This document shows, piece by piece, positions 16,508-26,003 of a DNA stretch of 41,383 bases (positions are counted from its first letter, which is position 1; the number at the start of each line of letters is the position of its first letter). Source of the DNA: a virus (Duplodnaviria > Caudoviricetes); IMG/VR virus record IMGVR_UViG_3300016476_000410, positions 1 to 41,383 of that record; one strand, given 5' to 3'. The position numbers and the translations under genes are program-made. Under the pieces are notes generated by a model. That model saw nothing but the letters and a program-made list of their open reading frames with translations, had not been told where the DNA came from and did no database searches.

Positions 16508-16705
16508 ATGAAAACAAATAGACAAATAATCGAAAACGCAATTAAAAACAACACGAAAGTAAGTTTTTTTGCAGGTAGTTTTTTTGAGAAAAATGTTGAA
16601 ATAGTAGGATATAATACAGATGATGTATCCAACAGAGATTTCCAATACAAAGTTAAAAACGGAAATGTATATACAACTTTTGAAAATAATATCATTTTTA
16701 AATAA
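16508..16705 (+). CDS. Hypothetical protein
   Basis: First ORF after the promoter. Confidence 0.65.
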   Translation: MKTNRQIIENAIKNNTKVSFFAGSFFEKNVEIVGYNTDDVSNRDFQYKVKNGNVYTTFENNIIFK

Positions 16706-16741
16706 CATAAACTAATAAAAACTAAAAAAAACAAAAGCAAT

Positions 16742-16873
16742 ATGAAATCAAAAAATCAATTAATCAAAAACTTCTTCCAGTTAATTAAAGAAGAAGAAAA
16801 AAAAGAAAATAAAGATTTTACTAAAATAATAAGATTTAAAAGAATAATAGAAATAAGAAAAGCAAGTAATTAA
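16742..16873 (+). CDS. Small basic hypothetical protein (43 aa)
   Basis: A-rich leader plus ATG; manual translation. Confidence 0.45.
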   Translation: MKSKNQLIKNFFQLIKEEEKKENKDFTKIIRFKRIIEIRKASN

Positions 16874-16891
16874 TAAATAAAAATAAAAGCC

Positions 16892-17767
16892 ATGAAAAAA
16901 GTATTTAACAATTCCGAAATTTGCCACGTTTACGCACAACAAAGCCAAAATGAAGGTAAAACTTCAAACAATAATATATTTTTTTACGATAATAAAATAT
17001 ATTCGTATGGTTATCATTATAAACTTGCGGAAATAATAGAGAATAACACTATTATAATCAATAATACAGGTTACTCAAATAGCACCGCAAAACATATTAA
17101 TTTAATAACAAACGCAACAAGACAATACAACCAATATTTTTATTCAGATATATGTTTAAATAACGTTTATAATTCAATTATAAGTGCATCAAAAAAAATA
17201 ATTACAGCACGTTTTAAGGAAAGATACGCCAATTTAATTATATCAAAATTTGAAAGCCTTATCAATTTTGCAAATGAATTTAATAAAGTAGTAAAACAAA
17301 ACAACTACACACAAGACAGTTTTTTAACGTTAATTGAATTAAAGAAAAACGAACAATTTAAAGAAATAGAAACAATTTATAATGAAATAGCAAAGGACAA
17401 AGATAAATTCATTGAACAAGGCAAAGAAAGAGAAAGAAAACTAAAAGAGAAGAAACTAAAAGAATTTAATGAAAGTCTGGAAAAGTTTTTCAATTACGAA
17501 TTAAACTATATTACGTTAAAAACAGATACGGACTACTTGAGAATATCAAAAGACAAAACAATGATTGAAACTACACAAGGAATAAAAATAGACATTCAAG
17601 AGGCTAAAAAGCTTTATTTAATGATTAATGAAGGAAAAGACATAAAAGGCGTTAAAATCTCCAATTACACGGTAATTTCAATAAACGGGACTTTAAAAAT
17701 AGGCTGTCACAAAATAAATATTAAAAACGTTCACGAAATAGGGCAAATATTAATTAAAAACTTTTAA
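16892..17767 (+). CDS. Hypothetical phage protein (291 aa)
   Basis: Long ORF with conserved-looking IYSYG.HY, YS.STAKH, ETTQG and IGCH motifs. Confidence 0.75.
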   Translation: MKKVFNNSEICHVYAQQSQNEGKTSNNNIFFYDNKIYSYGYHYKLAEIIENNTIIINNTGYSNSTAKHINLITNATRQYNQYFYSDICLNNVYNSIISASKKIITARFKERYANLIISKFESLINFANEFNKVVKQNNYTQDSFLTLIELKKNEQFKEIETIYNEIAKDKDKFIEQGKERERKLKEKKLKEFNESLEKFFNYELNYITLKTDTDYLRISKDKTMIETTQGIKIDIQEAKKLYLMINEGKDIKGVKISNYTVISINGTLKIGCHKINIKNVHEIGQILIKNF

Positions 17768-17778
17768 AATTTAAAACA

Positions 17779-17967
17779 ATGAAAAGATATTTGAATTTAA
17801 AAACTCAATACGGAATAGAAACAATTGATGAAATTGATATTTATAATTTTAAAAATTATAATGAATTTAAAACAGAATTAAGAAGATTAATAAAAGAATA
17901 TCATTTAATTGGCATGAATGTATATACAAGTACAAGAAGCGCAAAAGAATGGAGAGAAAATAAATAA
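17779..17967 (+). CDS. Hypothetical protein
   Basis: A-rich leader, co-oriented. Confidence 0.65.
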   Translation: MKRYLNLKTQYGIETIDEIDIYNFKNYNEFKTELRRLIKEYHLIGMNVYTSTRSAKEWRENK

Positions 17968-17988
17968 AAACCTTTAAAACTTAAAAAT

Positions 17989-18279
17989 ATGAAAACTTAT
18001 ATAAAATTAAAAAGCCAAGAAAATAACGAATTTTTAAAAATCGTTACAAGATATTCAAAGGAACATAAAGCGTTATTATTATCTATTAATCATGTAATAC
18101 ATACATATATTGAAAAAGATAAGATACAATTTGAACAATTTAAACCAACTAAAGGCATATTAATAAAACTTTTAGATATGCCAAGAGATAACAAAAAGAT
18201 AGTAGAAAACTATCAACCTGAAAATTTAAATATGTATATCGAAAGAATCTGTAAAGAAAATAATTTAATAATTGAATAA
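17989..18279 (+). CDS. Hypothetical protein
   Basis: A-rich leader, co-oriented. Confidence 0.65.
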   Translation: MKTYIKLKSQENNEFLKIVTRYSKEHKALLLSINHVIHTYIEKDKIQFEQFKPTKGILIKLLDMPRDNKKIVENYQPENLNMYIERICKENNLIIE

Positions 18280-18292
18280 AGCTAAAAACAAT

Positions 18293-18499
18293 ATGAAAAC
18301 AATTAAACAAATAAAAAATATTGAAAAAAGTATAATTAAAAGCGGTTCATTAAAACTCCCTTTATTTACCTTATGGTTTGAAGATATGACAAAACTATTT
18401 ATGTATTCAGACAATCAATATAATCATGCAAGTGCAACAAGTTTAATCGAACTAAAAGAAATAGTAAAAGAAGTATACAACATAAACATATTAAACTAA
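18293..18499 (+). CDS. Hypothetical protein
   Basis: ATG 18293 preferred over TTG 18272. Confidence 0.6.
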   Translation: MKTIKQIKNIEKSIIKSGSLKLPLFTLWFEDMTKLFMYSDNQYNHASATSLIELKEIVKEVYNINILN

Positions 18500-18515
18500 A
18501 CATAAAACTAACAAC

Positions 18516-18857
18516 ATGGAAACAATAGGAAAGATAGTAAAGGGAAAAGTAATTAAAGATTACTACAAAAAAGAAGGTTATATCTACAAAAACTTTAAAG
18601 AGTTTAATAATAAAACAAAAAATATATGTTACATTCCAGAAGATTCAGGAGAAAGCGACAAATTAAAAGATAATACAACATATAACTATTTTGATTTTTT
18701 AGATTTAGCACAAGAAAGTTATAATACCAACGAACACATCAAACAAGAAATGGATAATAATTTATATACAGTAGAAGAATTCGCAGAAGCATTGTTCTTA
18801 TCATGCAATTGGCAACACCCTGAAACATTATTGCAAGCATGGGAAGATTCTTATTAA
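18516..18857 (+). CDS. Hypothetical phage protein (..CYIPE...WQHPET..)
   Basis: A-rich leader, co-oriented. Confidence 0.7.
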   Translation: METIGKIVKGKVIKDYYKKEGYIYKNFKEFNNKTKNICYIPEDSGESDKLKDNTTYNYFDFLDLAQESYNTNEHIKQEMDNNLYTVEEFAEALFLSCNWQHPETLLQAWEDSY

Positions 18858-18879
18858 TTAACTAAAAACTAAAAACAAC

Positions 18880-19041
18880 ATGAAGACATTCATAATATTA
18901 AACGGAAGAGAAATATACTTAATTTCAGCCTATAACATGGAACACGCCAAAGAAAAAGCCGTCCATGTATGTAACCAATCAAATGAAATAATAATAAGAG
19001 AATACATAAACATACATGATTTCACAATTAAAACAATTTAA
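18880..19041 (+). CDS. Small hypothetical protein (53 aa)
   Basis: Leader AACTAAAAACAACATG resembles its neighbours; manual translation. Confidence 0.55.
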   Translation: MKTFIILNGREIYLISAYNMEHAKEKAVHVCNQSNEIIIREYINIHDFTIKTI

Positions 19042-19153
19042 AAAACATATAATATAACAGAGTAACAAGGTTATATATTAAGATGAATAAAAAACAAAAT
19101 AAATTATAAGTAAATAAACAGTAATTAAGTAATAGAATAATAAAAATAAAGAT

Positions 19154-19243
19154 ATGATTAAGTTAATTGAAGAGTTGATAAATTTAGCTTTAGTTGTTGT
19201 TGTGATAGGAGTAATTTTATCAATGATTGGTATAAAGTTTTAA
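19154..19243 (+). CDS. 29-aa hydrophobic peptide (single TM)
   Basis: MIKLIEELINLALVVVVIGVILSMIGIKF. Confidence 0.4.
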   Translation: MIKLIEELINLALVVVVIGVILSMIGIKF

Positions 19244-19328
19244 ATAGATAGTTAGTAACCTTTTAAACCTAAAGATATGAGATAAATCAAAAGAAACTTG
19301 TAAACAAATCAAATCAAAACGTATTACC

Positions 19329-19361
19329 AAGTCCTGCATTAATTTGTTAGGACTTTTTTTT
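19329..19361 (+). terminator. Rho-independent terminator closing the A-rich island
   Basis: AAGTCCT/AGGACTT stem plus T-run. Confidence 0.7.
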
Positions 19362-19845
19362 GTCCCATTCTTAAAACATAAAAAAAGTTGTCTCCACCCC
19401 GTGTAACAATGAGACTCAGTAACTGATAATCAAACACTTAATTTTTTAGCTTTTTATCCAGTTTTGACACTCAAAACGCAAAATTTAACCGAAAAAACAA
19501 CCTGAAAAGGAAAAAAAATGACAGACCCTACCCCCAGCTCATGGAAAAATCGTAATTATCTATTTACACCCCTCTAAAAAATTTTCCAAAAAATCCAATG
19601 TAATTTAAAACTCTCCAAAAAACTCAAATGTCATTTAAAAAACCCCCTTAAAAAATTTCTATTTCAAAACAGATGTAAATTAAAAGCATTCTCAATACGT
19701 GTTTTACATACTAAATATTAATTCTAAGAAACTTTAATATAAAAGTTAACACTTAGTATATCTCAAGATATTACAATGTCTTAAATGGCTTTAAATTGCT
19801 TAATGTTTTAAATTAAGTAAAATATTGGTATTTATTAAATTTGAT

Positions 19846-19853
19846 TATATTTG
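19846..19853 (+). promoter_or_regulatory. Bacteroidetes-type -7 element (TATATTTG)
   Basis: Upstream of the DUF3127 gene. Confidence 0.6.
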
Positions 19854-19881
19854 CACATATAACATATAAATAATTGAAATT

Positions 19882-20250
19882 ATGGAAGTAAAAGGATTTT
19901 TGAAGGTCATTAATAAGACAGTGGTTCTTTCGGAGAAGTTCAAAAAAAGAGAGGTTGTGGTTAGTGTTTCTGATGGTAAATACTCTCAGGACTTGTTGAT
20001 TCAGTTTAGTCAAGACAATGTTGATTTGGTTGATGAATTTGCGGTTGGTCAAGAAGTTGTTATTGGAATTAACTTACGAGGAAAGGCTTGGACTAATCCT
20101 AAAGGAGAAGAAAAGTATTTCAATACTATTGAAGGTTGGAGAATAACTGGAGTTGTAGATAGTTCTAAGGGTAATGTTCCAGTTGCTAAACCTAAAAAAG
20201 CACAGAGTATCATTGATGAAACTCAGTCTGATGATGATTTACCATTCTAA
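19882..20250 (+). CDS. DUF3127 family protein (SSB-like)
   Basis: FKKREVV, F.QD, INLRG..W, YFNTIEGWRI motifs; acidic DDDLPF tail. Confidence 0.85.
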   Translation: MEVKGFLKVINKTVVLSEKFKKREVVVSVSDGKYSQDLLIQFSQDNVDLVDEFAVGQEVVIGINLRGKAWTNPKGEEKYFNTIEGWRITGVVDSSKGNVPVAKPKKAQSIIDETQSDDDLPF

Positions 20251-20252
20251 GT

Positions 20253-20501
20253 ATGAGAAAATATAGTGAGTTAGTAGTTTGTTTGTATATGGCTGATAAT
20301 AGTCGAATCATTACTACATTTCCTATAAATCCAAAGATTCCGCATTGTGCGTTTGAAGATTTGATGATTGATATTCTTAATAACAAAGGTCAATTCGTAA
20401 AAGTAAAATCTTATAGGGGTGAAATAGAACTGGAGTTTCAAAAGGAAATAGTAATAAACACAACAAACATAGTTCAAATAGAATCAATAAGTGCAATATG
20501 A
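20253..20501 (+). CDS. Hypothetical protein
   Basis: Operon context. Confidence 0.6.
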   Translation: MRKYSELVVCLYMADNSRIITTFPINPKIPHCAFEDLMIDILNNKGQFVKVKSYRGEIELEFQKEIVINTTNIVQIESISAI

Positions 20502-20686
20502 GTAAGGAAGATGCAATTGCAGATATAATTAGAGCAACAATAGATAGGAGTAAACTTGAAAATCTAAGTAGTGTTAAGACCGCAAAATGTATTGTTGAGA
20601 TAATCATAGAAGTAGAAAAGAATCATAGACACCATTTAAATTTGGATTTATGGGAGAATGTTAAATTAGAATTAGAAAAATTATGA
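20498..20686 (+). CDS. Hypothetical protein
   Basis: ATGA overlaps. Confidence 0.6.
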   Translation: MSKEDAIADIIRATIDRSKLENLSSVKTAKCIVEIIIEVEKNHRHHLNLDLWENVKLELEKL

Positions 20687-20910
20687 AAGTAAAAGTTTTA
20701 AATATCCTAAAGATGGTTTTAGGGTTTATTGTAATGTTTGGGTGTTTTTTACCTATTTACATTATAGATAGATTGATGTGTGTTCCTTTAGTTTGGTTAA
20801 AGGTAGAGAGTTTAGTTTCTTGGTTTAGAAATAACGACATGATATTACAATCAAGTATAAGAGTAGGTGTTTTTGGAATAATAGGATTTATAGTATGGCT
20901 TTTCATCTAA
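20683..20910 (+). CDS. Hypothetical membrane protein
   Basis: Two hydrophobic segments. Confidence 0.6.
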   Translation: MKVKVLNILKMVLGFIVMFGCFLPIYIIDRLMCVPLVWLKVESLVSWFRNNDMILQSSIRVGVFGIIGFIVWLFI

Positions 20911-21038
20911 TAGGTAAATATAGTTTCAGGGAGTTGGACTATATCAGATTTAAATTCAGAGAAAATCGCAAAGGAGTAATAAATCCTTACCATAAATACA
21001 GAAGGGAATTGTATCACTTAACTAATGATGGGAATTAA
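20895..21038 (+). CDS. Small hypothetical protein (47 aa, MAFHLIGKYSFRE...)
   Basis: Fills the gap; TAATG coupling with 21038. Confidence 0.45.
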   Translation: MAFHLIGKYSFRELDYIRFKFRENRKGVINPYHKYRRELYHLTNDGN

Positions 21039-21292
21039 TGGCTAATCAGGTAGGAGTAAATAAGACTCAAACTATTTACATAAAATGGTATGAGAAATTC
21101 TTTTTCAAAGTAATAGCAAGAAGAAGTTATAGTAAAAAATCTATGTCATTGGCTATCGAGATGATGTTTGATTCATTGGATAATCCTGAATACCCCTATC
21201 AGAAACATTATAATAACCCTGATAAATATTGGAAGGAATATCGTAAGTTTTGGAGTTGCCTATATAAAAAAACATTAGATAAAAATAAATAA
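21038..21292 (+). CDS. Hypothetical protein
   Basis: Operon context. Confidence 0.6.
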   Translation: MANQVGVNKTQTIYIKWYEKFFFKVIARRSYSKKSMSLAIEMMFDSLDNPEYPYQKHYNNPDKYWKEYRKFWSCLYKKTLDKNK

Positions 21293-21293
21293 A

Positions 21294-21782
21294 ATGGAAG
21301 TAAAATTTGGAAAAACGTATGTGGCAAAAGAATTACCACAAATAGAGGTGATAGTTTTAGAACTTAACACTTGGCAAGGTCAAAAATGGGTTAAAATTTC
21401 AGATGGTGAAGGTAGTTCTGAAATAAGACAAGATTTGTTTCTTGAAAGATTCATCACCAAAAAAGAATATTACAAATCACATTTGAAACGTAAAGAGAAT
21501 ATTCTTGCATGGGCTGAGCCTAAAAAGTTGCTTAAACCTGAAAATGCTATCACACAATTAGCAAAATTGACTGAGGAAGTAGGTGAATTAGCACAAGCTA
21601 TCTTAAAAGGCAATAAAAATGGTCAAAAAGATGCTTTAGGTGATATTAGAGTGGTTATTACTATTCTTGCTAACCAATTAGGGTTTGATATAGACGAATG
21701 TGAAGAATTTGCCTATAATGAAATTAAAAATAGAACTGGAGTAACAAAAAATGGAACATTCCTAAAAAAAGAAGATTTATGA
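21294..21782 (+). CDS. MazG-like NTP pyrophosphohydrolase with N-terminal extension
   Basis: KLTEEVGELA, DALGD and AYNEIKNRTG....GTF.K motifs. Confidence 0.88.
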   Translation: MEVKFGKTYVAKELPQIEVIVLELNTWQGQKWVKISDGEGSSEIRQDLFLERFITKKEYYKSHLKRKENILAWAEPKKLLKPENAITQLAKLTEEVGELAQAILKGNKNGQKDALGDIRVVITILANQLGFDIDECEEFAYNEIKNRTGVTKNGTFLKKEDL

Positions 21783-22279
21783 GCTTAGATATTAAACAAA
21801 ACGACTTAGTAACTTTCATTAAACCTTACAGAGAGATAGTTCAGGCAGGTGAATCTCATGTTATAGATAAAATTATAAAGATTGATAACGAAGTTAAAGG
21901 AATCTATATAAAACTTGACTATACTTGGATTTATATGTCAGCAGAAATGTTTGATGAACATTGTAAAGTTTTAGCAAGAAAAAAAGGTAATGATAAATTT
22001 TGCGATAAAGTTAAAGAATCTCTTAATTCCAAAACTGAATATGACTTTATAAATCCATCTCATTATAAACTTGGCACAATGGAAACTTTCGATATGATGG
22101 TTTTAATTTGGGGTAAAGAAAAAGCTATTGCTCATTGTGAAATGACTGCTTTTAAATACCGAATGAGAGCAGGTAAAAAACCAGAACAGCCTATTGAAAG
22201 AGATATGGAAAAGGCAAAATGGTATGATAATAAAGCTTCAGAACTTAAAATACAATTAGATAATGAGCAAAATTCGTAG
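21779..22279 (+). CDS. DUF3310 domain protein (T7 gp1.7-like)
   Basis: INPSHY ... AFKY..RAGKK ... D..KAKWY. Confidence 0.8.
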   Translation: MSLDIKQNDLVTFIKPYREIVQAGESHVIDKIIKIDNEVKGIYIKLDYTWIYMSAEMFDEHCKVLARKKGNDKFCDKVKESLNSKTEYDFINPSHYKLGTMETFDMMVLIWGKEKAIAHCEMTAFKYRMRAGKKPEQPIERDMEKAKWYDNKASELKIQLDNEQNS

Positions 22280-22469
22280 AGAAAAGCGTAAATTAAAGAA
22301 ATTGTCTGAAAACCCAAAATATATCAAACAATACAATAAGAAAGTTAAAGAGCATAATCAAAAAGTGTATATGCAACGAAAACAATCAAAAAGGTTTGAA
22401 TACATGGTATTTGCAGGTATTTTAGTGGTGTTTTGTAGTATTTTAGCTTATAAATTATGGCAAAAATAA
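22263..22469 (+). CDS. Hypothetical basic membrane-anchored protein
   Basis: C-terminal TM. Confidence 0.55.
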   Translation: MSKIRREKRKLKKLSENPKYIKQYNKKVKEHNQKVYMQRKQSKRFEYMVFAGILVVFCSILAYKLWQK

Positions 22470-22735
22470 ACAGCAAGGACATAAATATTGATGAAATGGA
22501 CTTTAATTTCGATATAAACCTAAACACAGAAGTAGATTTAGGAGGTAGTGAATCAAAAGAATTTTCATCACATTTTATAGTAACTTGTAAAAACGAAAAA
22601 CAAGATGATTTTATACGAAACTTTTTCAATTTGGGTGTAAAAACTAAATCTGGTAGAGGTAAGTATGAAACAAATGTTATTGAAGTAGAAAAAATAATTG
22701 AACTAATATTAGAATTATGGCAAGACGAGGAGTAA
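22457..22735 (+). CDS. Hypothetical protein
   Basis: Upstream of the terminase genes. Confidence 0.6.
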   Translation: MAKINSKDINIDEMDFNFDINLNTEVDLGGSESKEFSSHFIVTCKNEKQDDFIRNFFNLGVKTKSGRGKYETNVIEVEKIIELILELWQDEE

Positions 22736-23328
22736 AAGAGGGTTCTGTTCGTGGTAAATACAAAACCATAAGAACTCATAAAGATAAAAATGTTCCGCCT
22801 AAACCAGAATTAACAGAGGAAGATTTATTACTATTATTACCTCTTGATGAAAGAAAGCGTAGAATAGAAGCTAAGGAAAAAGGAATGACTGAAGCTGAAT
22901 ATCTTGAAGCAGAGGAAGTTACTAACATTAAAAAAGCAGGTAGACCGAGGGGTTCAAGAAACAGAAGCACAGTTGTAAGAGAAATTTTACAATTAGCTAA
23001 CTGGGGTAGAAACCCATTGACTGGAATGCAAGAAAAACTAAGTCAAGAATATAGAATTACATTGGCTATTCTTGCTAAAGCATTAAAAGGTGATGTAAAT
23101 GCTTACAAGGCTTTAATGGATAATGCTTATAAACCACATGCACAAGAAATAGAAACTAAAATACAAACTATTGACTTGAGCGAATTTTCAACTGAAGAAC
23201 TTAAAGGATTTTTAAACGATGACTACATTGAATCAAATGAACTTGAACGAAATGAACAAGAGCGACTTACCTATGGAGGTGAGGAAGGCTTTGGAAACTC
23301 AAGTGAGAGCGACATTATCGAGGAATGA
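22717..23328 (+). CDS. Terminase small subunit (putative)
   Basis: GRPRGSRNRST, KALKGDV.AYKALMD and DLSEFSTEEL motifs; overlaps the large subunit. Confidence 0.7.
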   Translation: MARRGVKEGSVRGKYKTIRTHKDKNVPPKPELTEEDLLLLLPLDERKRRIEAKEKGMTEAEYLEAEEVTNIKKAGRPRGSRNRSTVVREILQLANWGRNPLTGMQEKLSQEYRITLAILAKALKGDVNAYKALMDNAYKPHAQEIETKIQTIDLSEFSTEELKGFLNDDYIESNELERNEQERLTYGGEEGFGNSSESDIIEE

Positions 23329-24628
23329 TTTTTGGGAGTTCTGTAAGTTTTACGACAAAGAGTTTTTTCTTAAAAGACCGTTTCTACATAAGGTAGCAAA
23401 TGCTTTTATGAAAATTGAAAGTGGAGAGATTAAATCATTATCAGTATCTCTCCCTCCGAGGGGTGGTAAATCTTATATCACCTCACTTTTTTGTGCTTGG
23501 GCGTTAGGTAAAAATCCAACTGAATCAGTAATGCGTAATACTTGCACCGCCACTCTATTTCAAAAATTCTCATACGATGTTAGACAAATAGTAAAGTCAG
23601 AAAAGTTTGCTATGGTATTTCCTCATGTAGAACTTTCATCAGATAAGGCTAATTTGCAAGGTTGGAATACTAACCAATCAAGACAGGTAGGTTATTTTGG
23701 TGCGGGTGTAGGAGGAACGATTATTGGATTTGGTGCTACTATGTTGGCTATTACCGATGACTTGTATCGTGGTATAGAAGATGCCCTCTCAGACGTTACT
23801 AATGAAAGGATTTTACAATGGAAAGAGGGAACACACGATTCTCGTCTTGAACGTAATTGTAAAAAGATTGATATTGGAACAAGGTGGTCAACTTCTGATG
23901 TTATAGGTAAAAATGTTCAAAATAATGAGTATGACTTATCTATTATAGTTCCTGCATTAGATGAAAACGAAAAGTCATTTTGTGAAGATGTAATGTCTAC
24001 TCAGCAATACATGGCAATTCGTAAAAGAATTAACCCTGAAATATGGTCAGCTGAATATATGCAAGAACCAGTAGATATGAAAGGTAGATTATTTTCTAAT
24101 TTACGATTCATTGATAAATCTGATTTTGATGCAATAAAAGGCAAGGCAAGTGGTTCAGTAGCTTATATAGACGTTTCAGATGCAGGTAATGACTTTACAG
24201 CAATGGCAGTAGCAACAATCATTGATAAGGTTGTTTATATATCAGACTATGTATTTAACAAGGGAAATACCGATGTAACTATTCCAATATGTGCTGAACG
24301 AATAAACAGATTAAATGTAGTATATTGTAGAGTAGAATCTAATAGTATGGGTGCTGTTTTTGGTAGACTATTACAAGACAAGGCAAGACGATGTAGGATT
24401 TTAAAGGTTCACAACTCCCAAAACAAACTAACAAGGATAATTATGCAATCATCTACTATTATAAACTCTTTTGTTTTTGTTAAGCATGATTCTAATGAAT
24501 ATCACCAATTTATGAGTAACGTATTGAGTTTCAGTAAAGAAGGAAAAAATAAAAATGATGACGCACCAGACTGTTTAGCAGGTTTATCAATGTTTTTAAA
24601 ATCTTTATTTAAAAAATTGGAATTATAA
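23219..24628 (+). CDS. terL: Terminase large subunit
   Basis: PPRGGKS Walker A, GVGGTIIGFGA..AITDD, IGTRW, YMQEP and nuclease DDAPD motifs. Confidence 0.95.
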   Translation: MTTLNQMNLNEMNKSDLPMEVRKALETQVRATLSRNDFWEFCKFYDKEFFLKRPFLHKVANAFMKIESGEIKSLSVSLPPRGGKSYITSLFCAWALGKNPTESVMRNTCTATLFQKFSYDVRQIVKSEKFAMVFPHVELSSDKANLQGWNTNQSRQVGYFGAGVGGTIIGFGATMLAITDDLYRGIEDALSDVTNERILQWKEGTHDSRLERNCKKIDIGTRWSTSDVIGKNVQNNEYDLSIIVPALDENEKSFCEDVMSTQQYMAIRKRINPEIWSAEYMQEPVDMKGRLFSNLRFIDKSDFDAIKGKASGSVAYIDVSDAGNDFTAMAVATIIDKVVYISDYVFNKGNTDVTIPICAERINRLNVVYCRVESNSMGAVFGRLLQDKARRCRILKVHNSQNKLTRIIMQSSTIINSFVFVKHDSNEYHQFMSNVLSFSKEGKNKNDDAPDCLAGLSMFLKSLFKKLEL

Positions 24629-24720
24629 AAATAAATGTTACTTTTGTAAAGTTATATACTATTTCATTTGCTTTATTTTAGAAAATCCCTCTTGTCTGTT
24701 TAAGATTTGAGGGTTTTTTT
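24617..24720 (+). ncRNA. Candidate ~70-nt small RNA with its own promoter and terminator (hairpin probably also terminates terL and portal)
   Basis: TTG-N19-TACTTTTG (24639); CCCTC/GAGGG hairpin plus T-run; no ORF. Confidence 0.45.
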
Positions 24721-25951
24721 ATTTCTGAACTCCTTTTTTCAATCCAATAAATATTTTCTTTTCTTCATCAGACAAAGTTATTCCGAGTTCTTGTTCTATT
24801 TTGATTAAAGCACTTGCTCTATAATCGAATGCTTGAGATTCTTGAAGTATATCGTTCTGTAATACTGGTAAATGCTCATAATCTGCCACAAGTCTTAAAC
24901 CCTCTTTATCTAAACCTAATTGTTCACTGATATTGTCATATATTCTTTTTGCTTCAGGTATAATTGTAGAAGTATAACATAATCTTTCTCCATAATTCAC
25001 GTTAGAATAAGTTGAGCCACTTTCATTTGAGAAAATATAGTAGTTAAGTCCAAAAGCATCTATAATCGCAAGTTTATCAGCTTTAAGTTCATCAAACAAC
25101 ATTAAATCCTTAGTTGGAAATGACATTGGAGTCCATTTAACATCAGATTCAGAAATTATAAGCTCATCTTTAGAACGATTATACCAATCACGTTGAATTT
25201 GTTGTTTTTCTTCAGGCGACATTGGTAAAGCACCTCCTAAATCAGAGTTTGTTGTGGATAATATACCAATAGCACCAATATTTTCTAAAAGCACATTACG
25301 TTTGTTGTATTGAGCCTTTATATTAGATAATGGGTATTTTAACGATTCAATTCTTGATACAGAGTTTAAGATATTGACACCATCAGTAGTTTGAATGATA
25401 ATAACTTCTTCATTTGTTAATTTTTCTTTGTTGTCCTCGTTGAAATTATAGACATAATCTTTGATTAAACCTCCTTTATCCATTTGTTTCAATGAACGAC
25501 CTGATGTGTTTATTTGAACTTTATGAGTAGCAAGTGGAACAAATAAATTAACTATACCAAAACTTCTTTTTGGTGCATAACATAAAGCAGTAGAATATAA
25601 ACTATCATTAACTGATATAGAGTATATTACGTCTTGCCATGACTGCATTGGATTTGGATTTTTGATAAGGTCAAGCACCCAATGAGAATCAACTTCAGTT
25701 CCATCACTTTCTTTAATTAGTCTTGGTCTACCGTTAGACATCATTTGAGCCTTTTTATCTACAATAGTTCTTAATTCTGGTATTTCTATATACGCTTTAA
25801 ATGGCTTGGAGGTATCGAGCCATACAGCAGTTTTTTTACCGTAAAAGTCATGTTGATAGGCAGAAGTAGTATCGAATAGGTCAGAAATATGCCTAATAGG
25901 CTTTTTTATTTCAGTTCCAAAAAAAGCATTCCAAAAAGAAAGGTTACTCAT
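24719..25951 (-). CDS. Phage portal protein (HK97-like), inverted orientation
   Basis: 410 aa; L.L.KNPNPMQS, N.GAIGIL, W.PM..P.KD and STYSNV motifs. Confidence 0.9.
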   Translation of the reverse strand: MSNLSFWNAFFGTEIKKPIRHISDLFDTTSAYQHDFYGKKTAVWLDTSKPFKAYIEIPELRTIVDKKAQMMSNGRPRLIKESDGTEVDSHWVLDLIKNPNPMQSWQDVIYSISVNDSLYSTALCYAPKRSFGIVNLFVPLATHKVQINTSGRSLKQMDKGGLIKDYVYNFNEDNKEKLTNEEVIIIQTTDGVNILNSVSRIESLKYPLSNIKAQYNKRNVLLENIGAIGILSTTNSDLGGALPMSPEEKQQIQRDWYNRSKDELIISESDVKWTPMSFPTKDLMLFDELKADKLAIIDAFGLNYYIFSNESGSTYSNVNYGERLCYTSTIIPEAKRIYDNISEQLGLDKEGLRLVADYEHLPVLQNDILQESQAFDYRASALIKIEQELGITLSDEEKKIFIGLKKGVQK

Positions 25952-25964
25952 AATAAAATTTTTT

Positions 25965-25996
25965 TATATTTGTGCAAGTATTAGATAACAAATTTA
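25965..25996. promoter_or_regulatory. Overlapping opposed promoters for protease (+, TATATTTG 25965-72) and portal (-, TAAATTTG 25996-89)
   Basis: Two TAnnTTTG elements in the 52-bp gap between divergent genes. Confidence 0.6.
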
Positions 25997-26003
25997 TACA
26001 AAT

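Noticed and set aside
21294-21782. Z-base (2-aminoadenine) or other modified-base pathway
   Set aside because: No PurZ, DatZ, polymerase or glycosyltransferase recognised; MazG alone is common in phages.
24719-25951. Invertible (phase-variable) portal segment
   Set aside because: No flanking inverted repeats and no recombinase seen.
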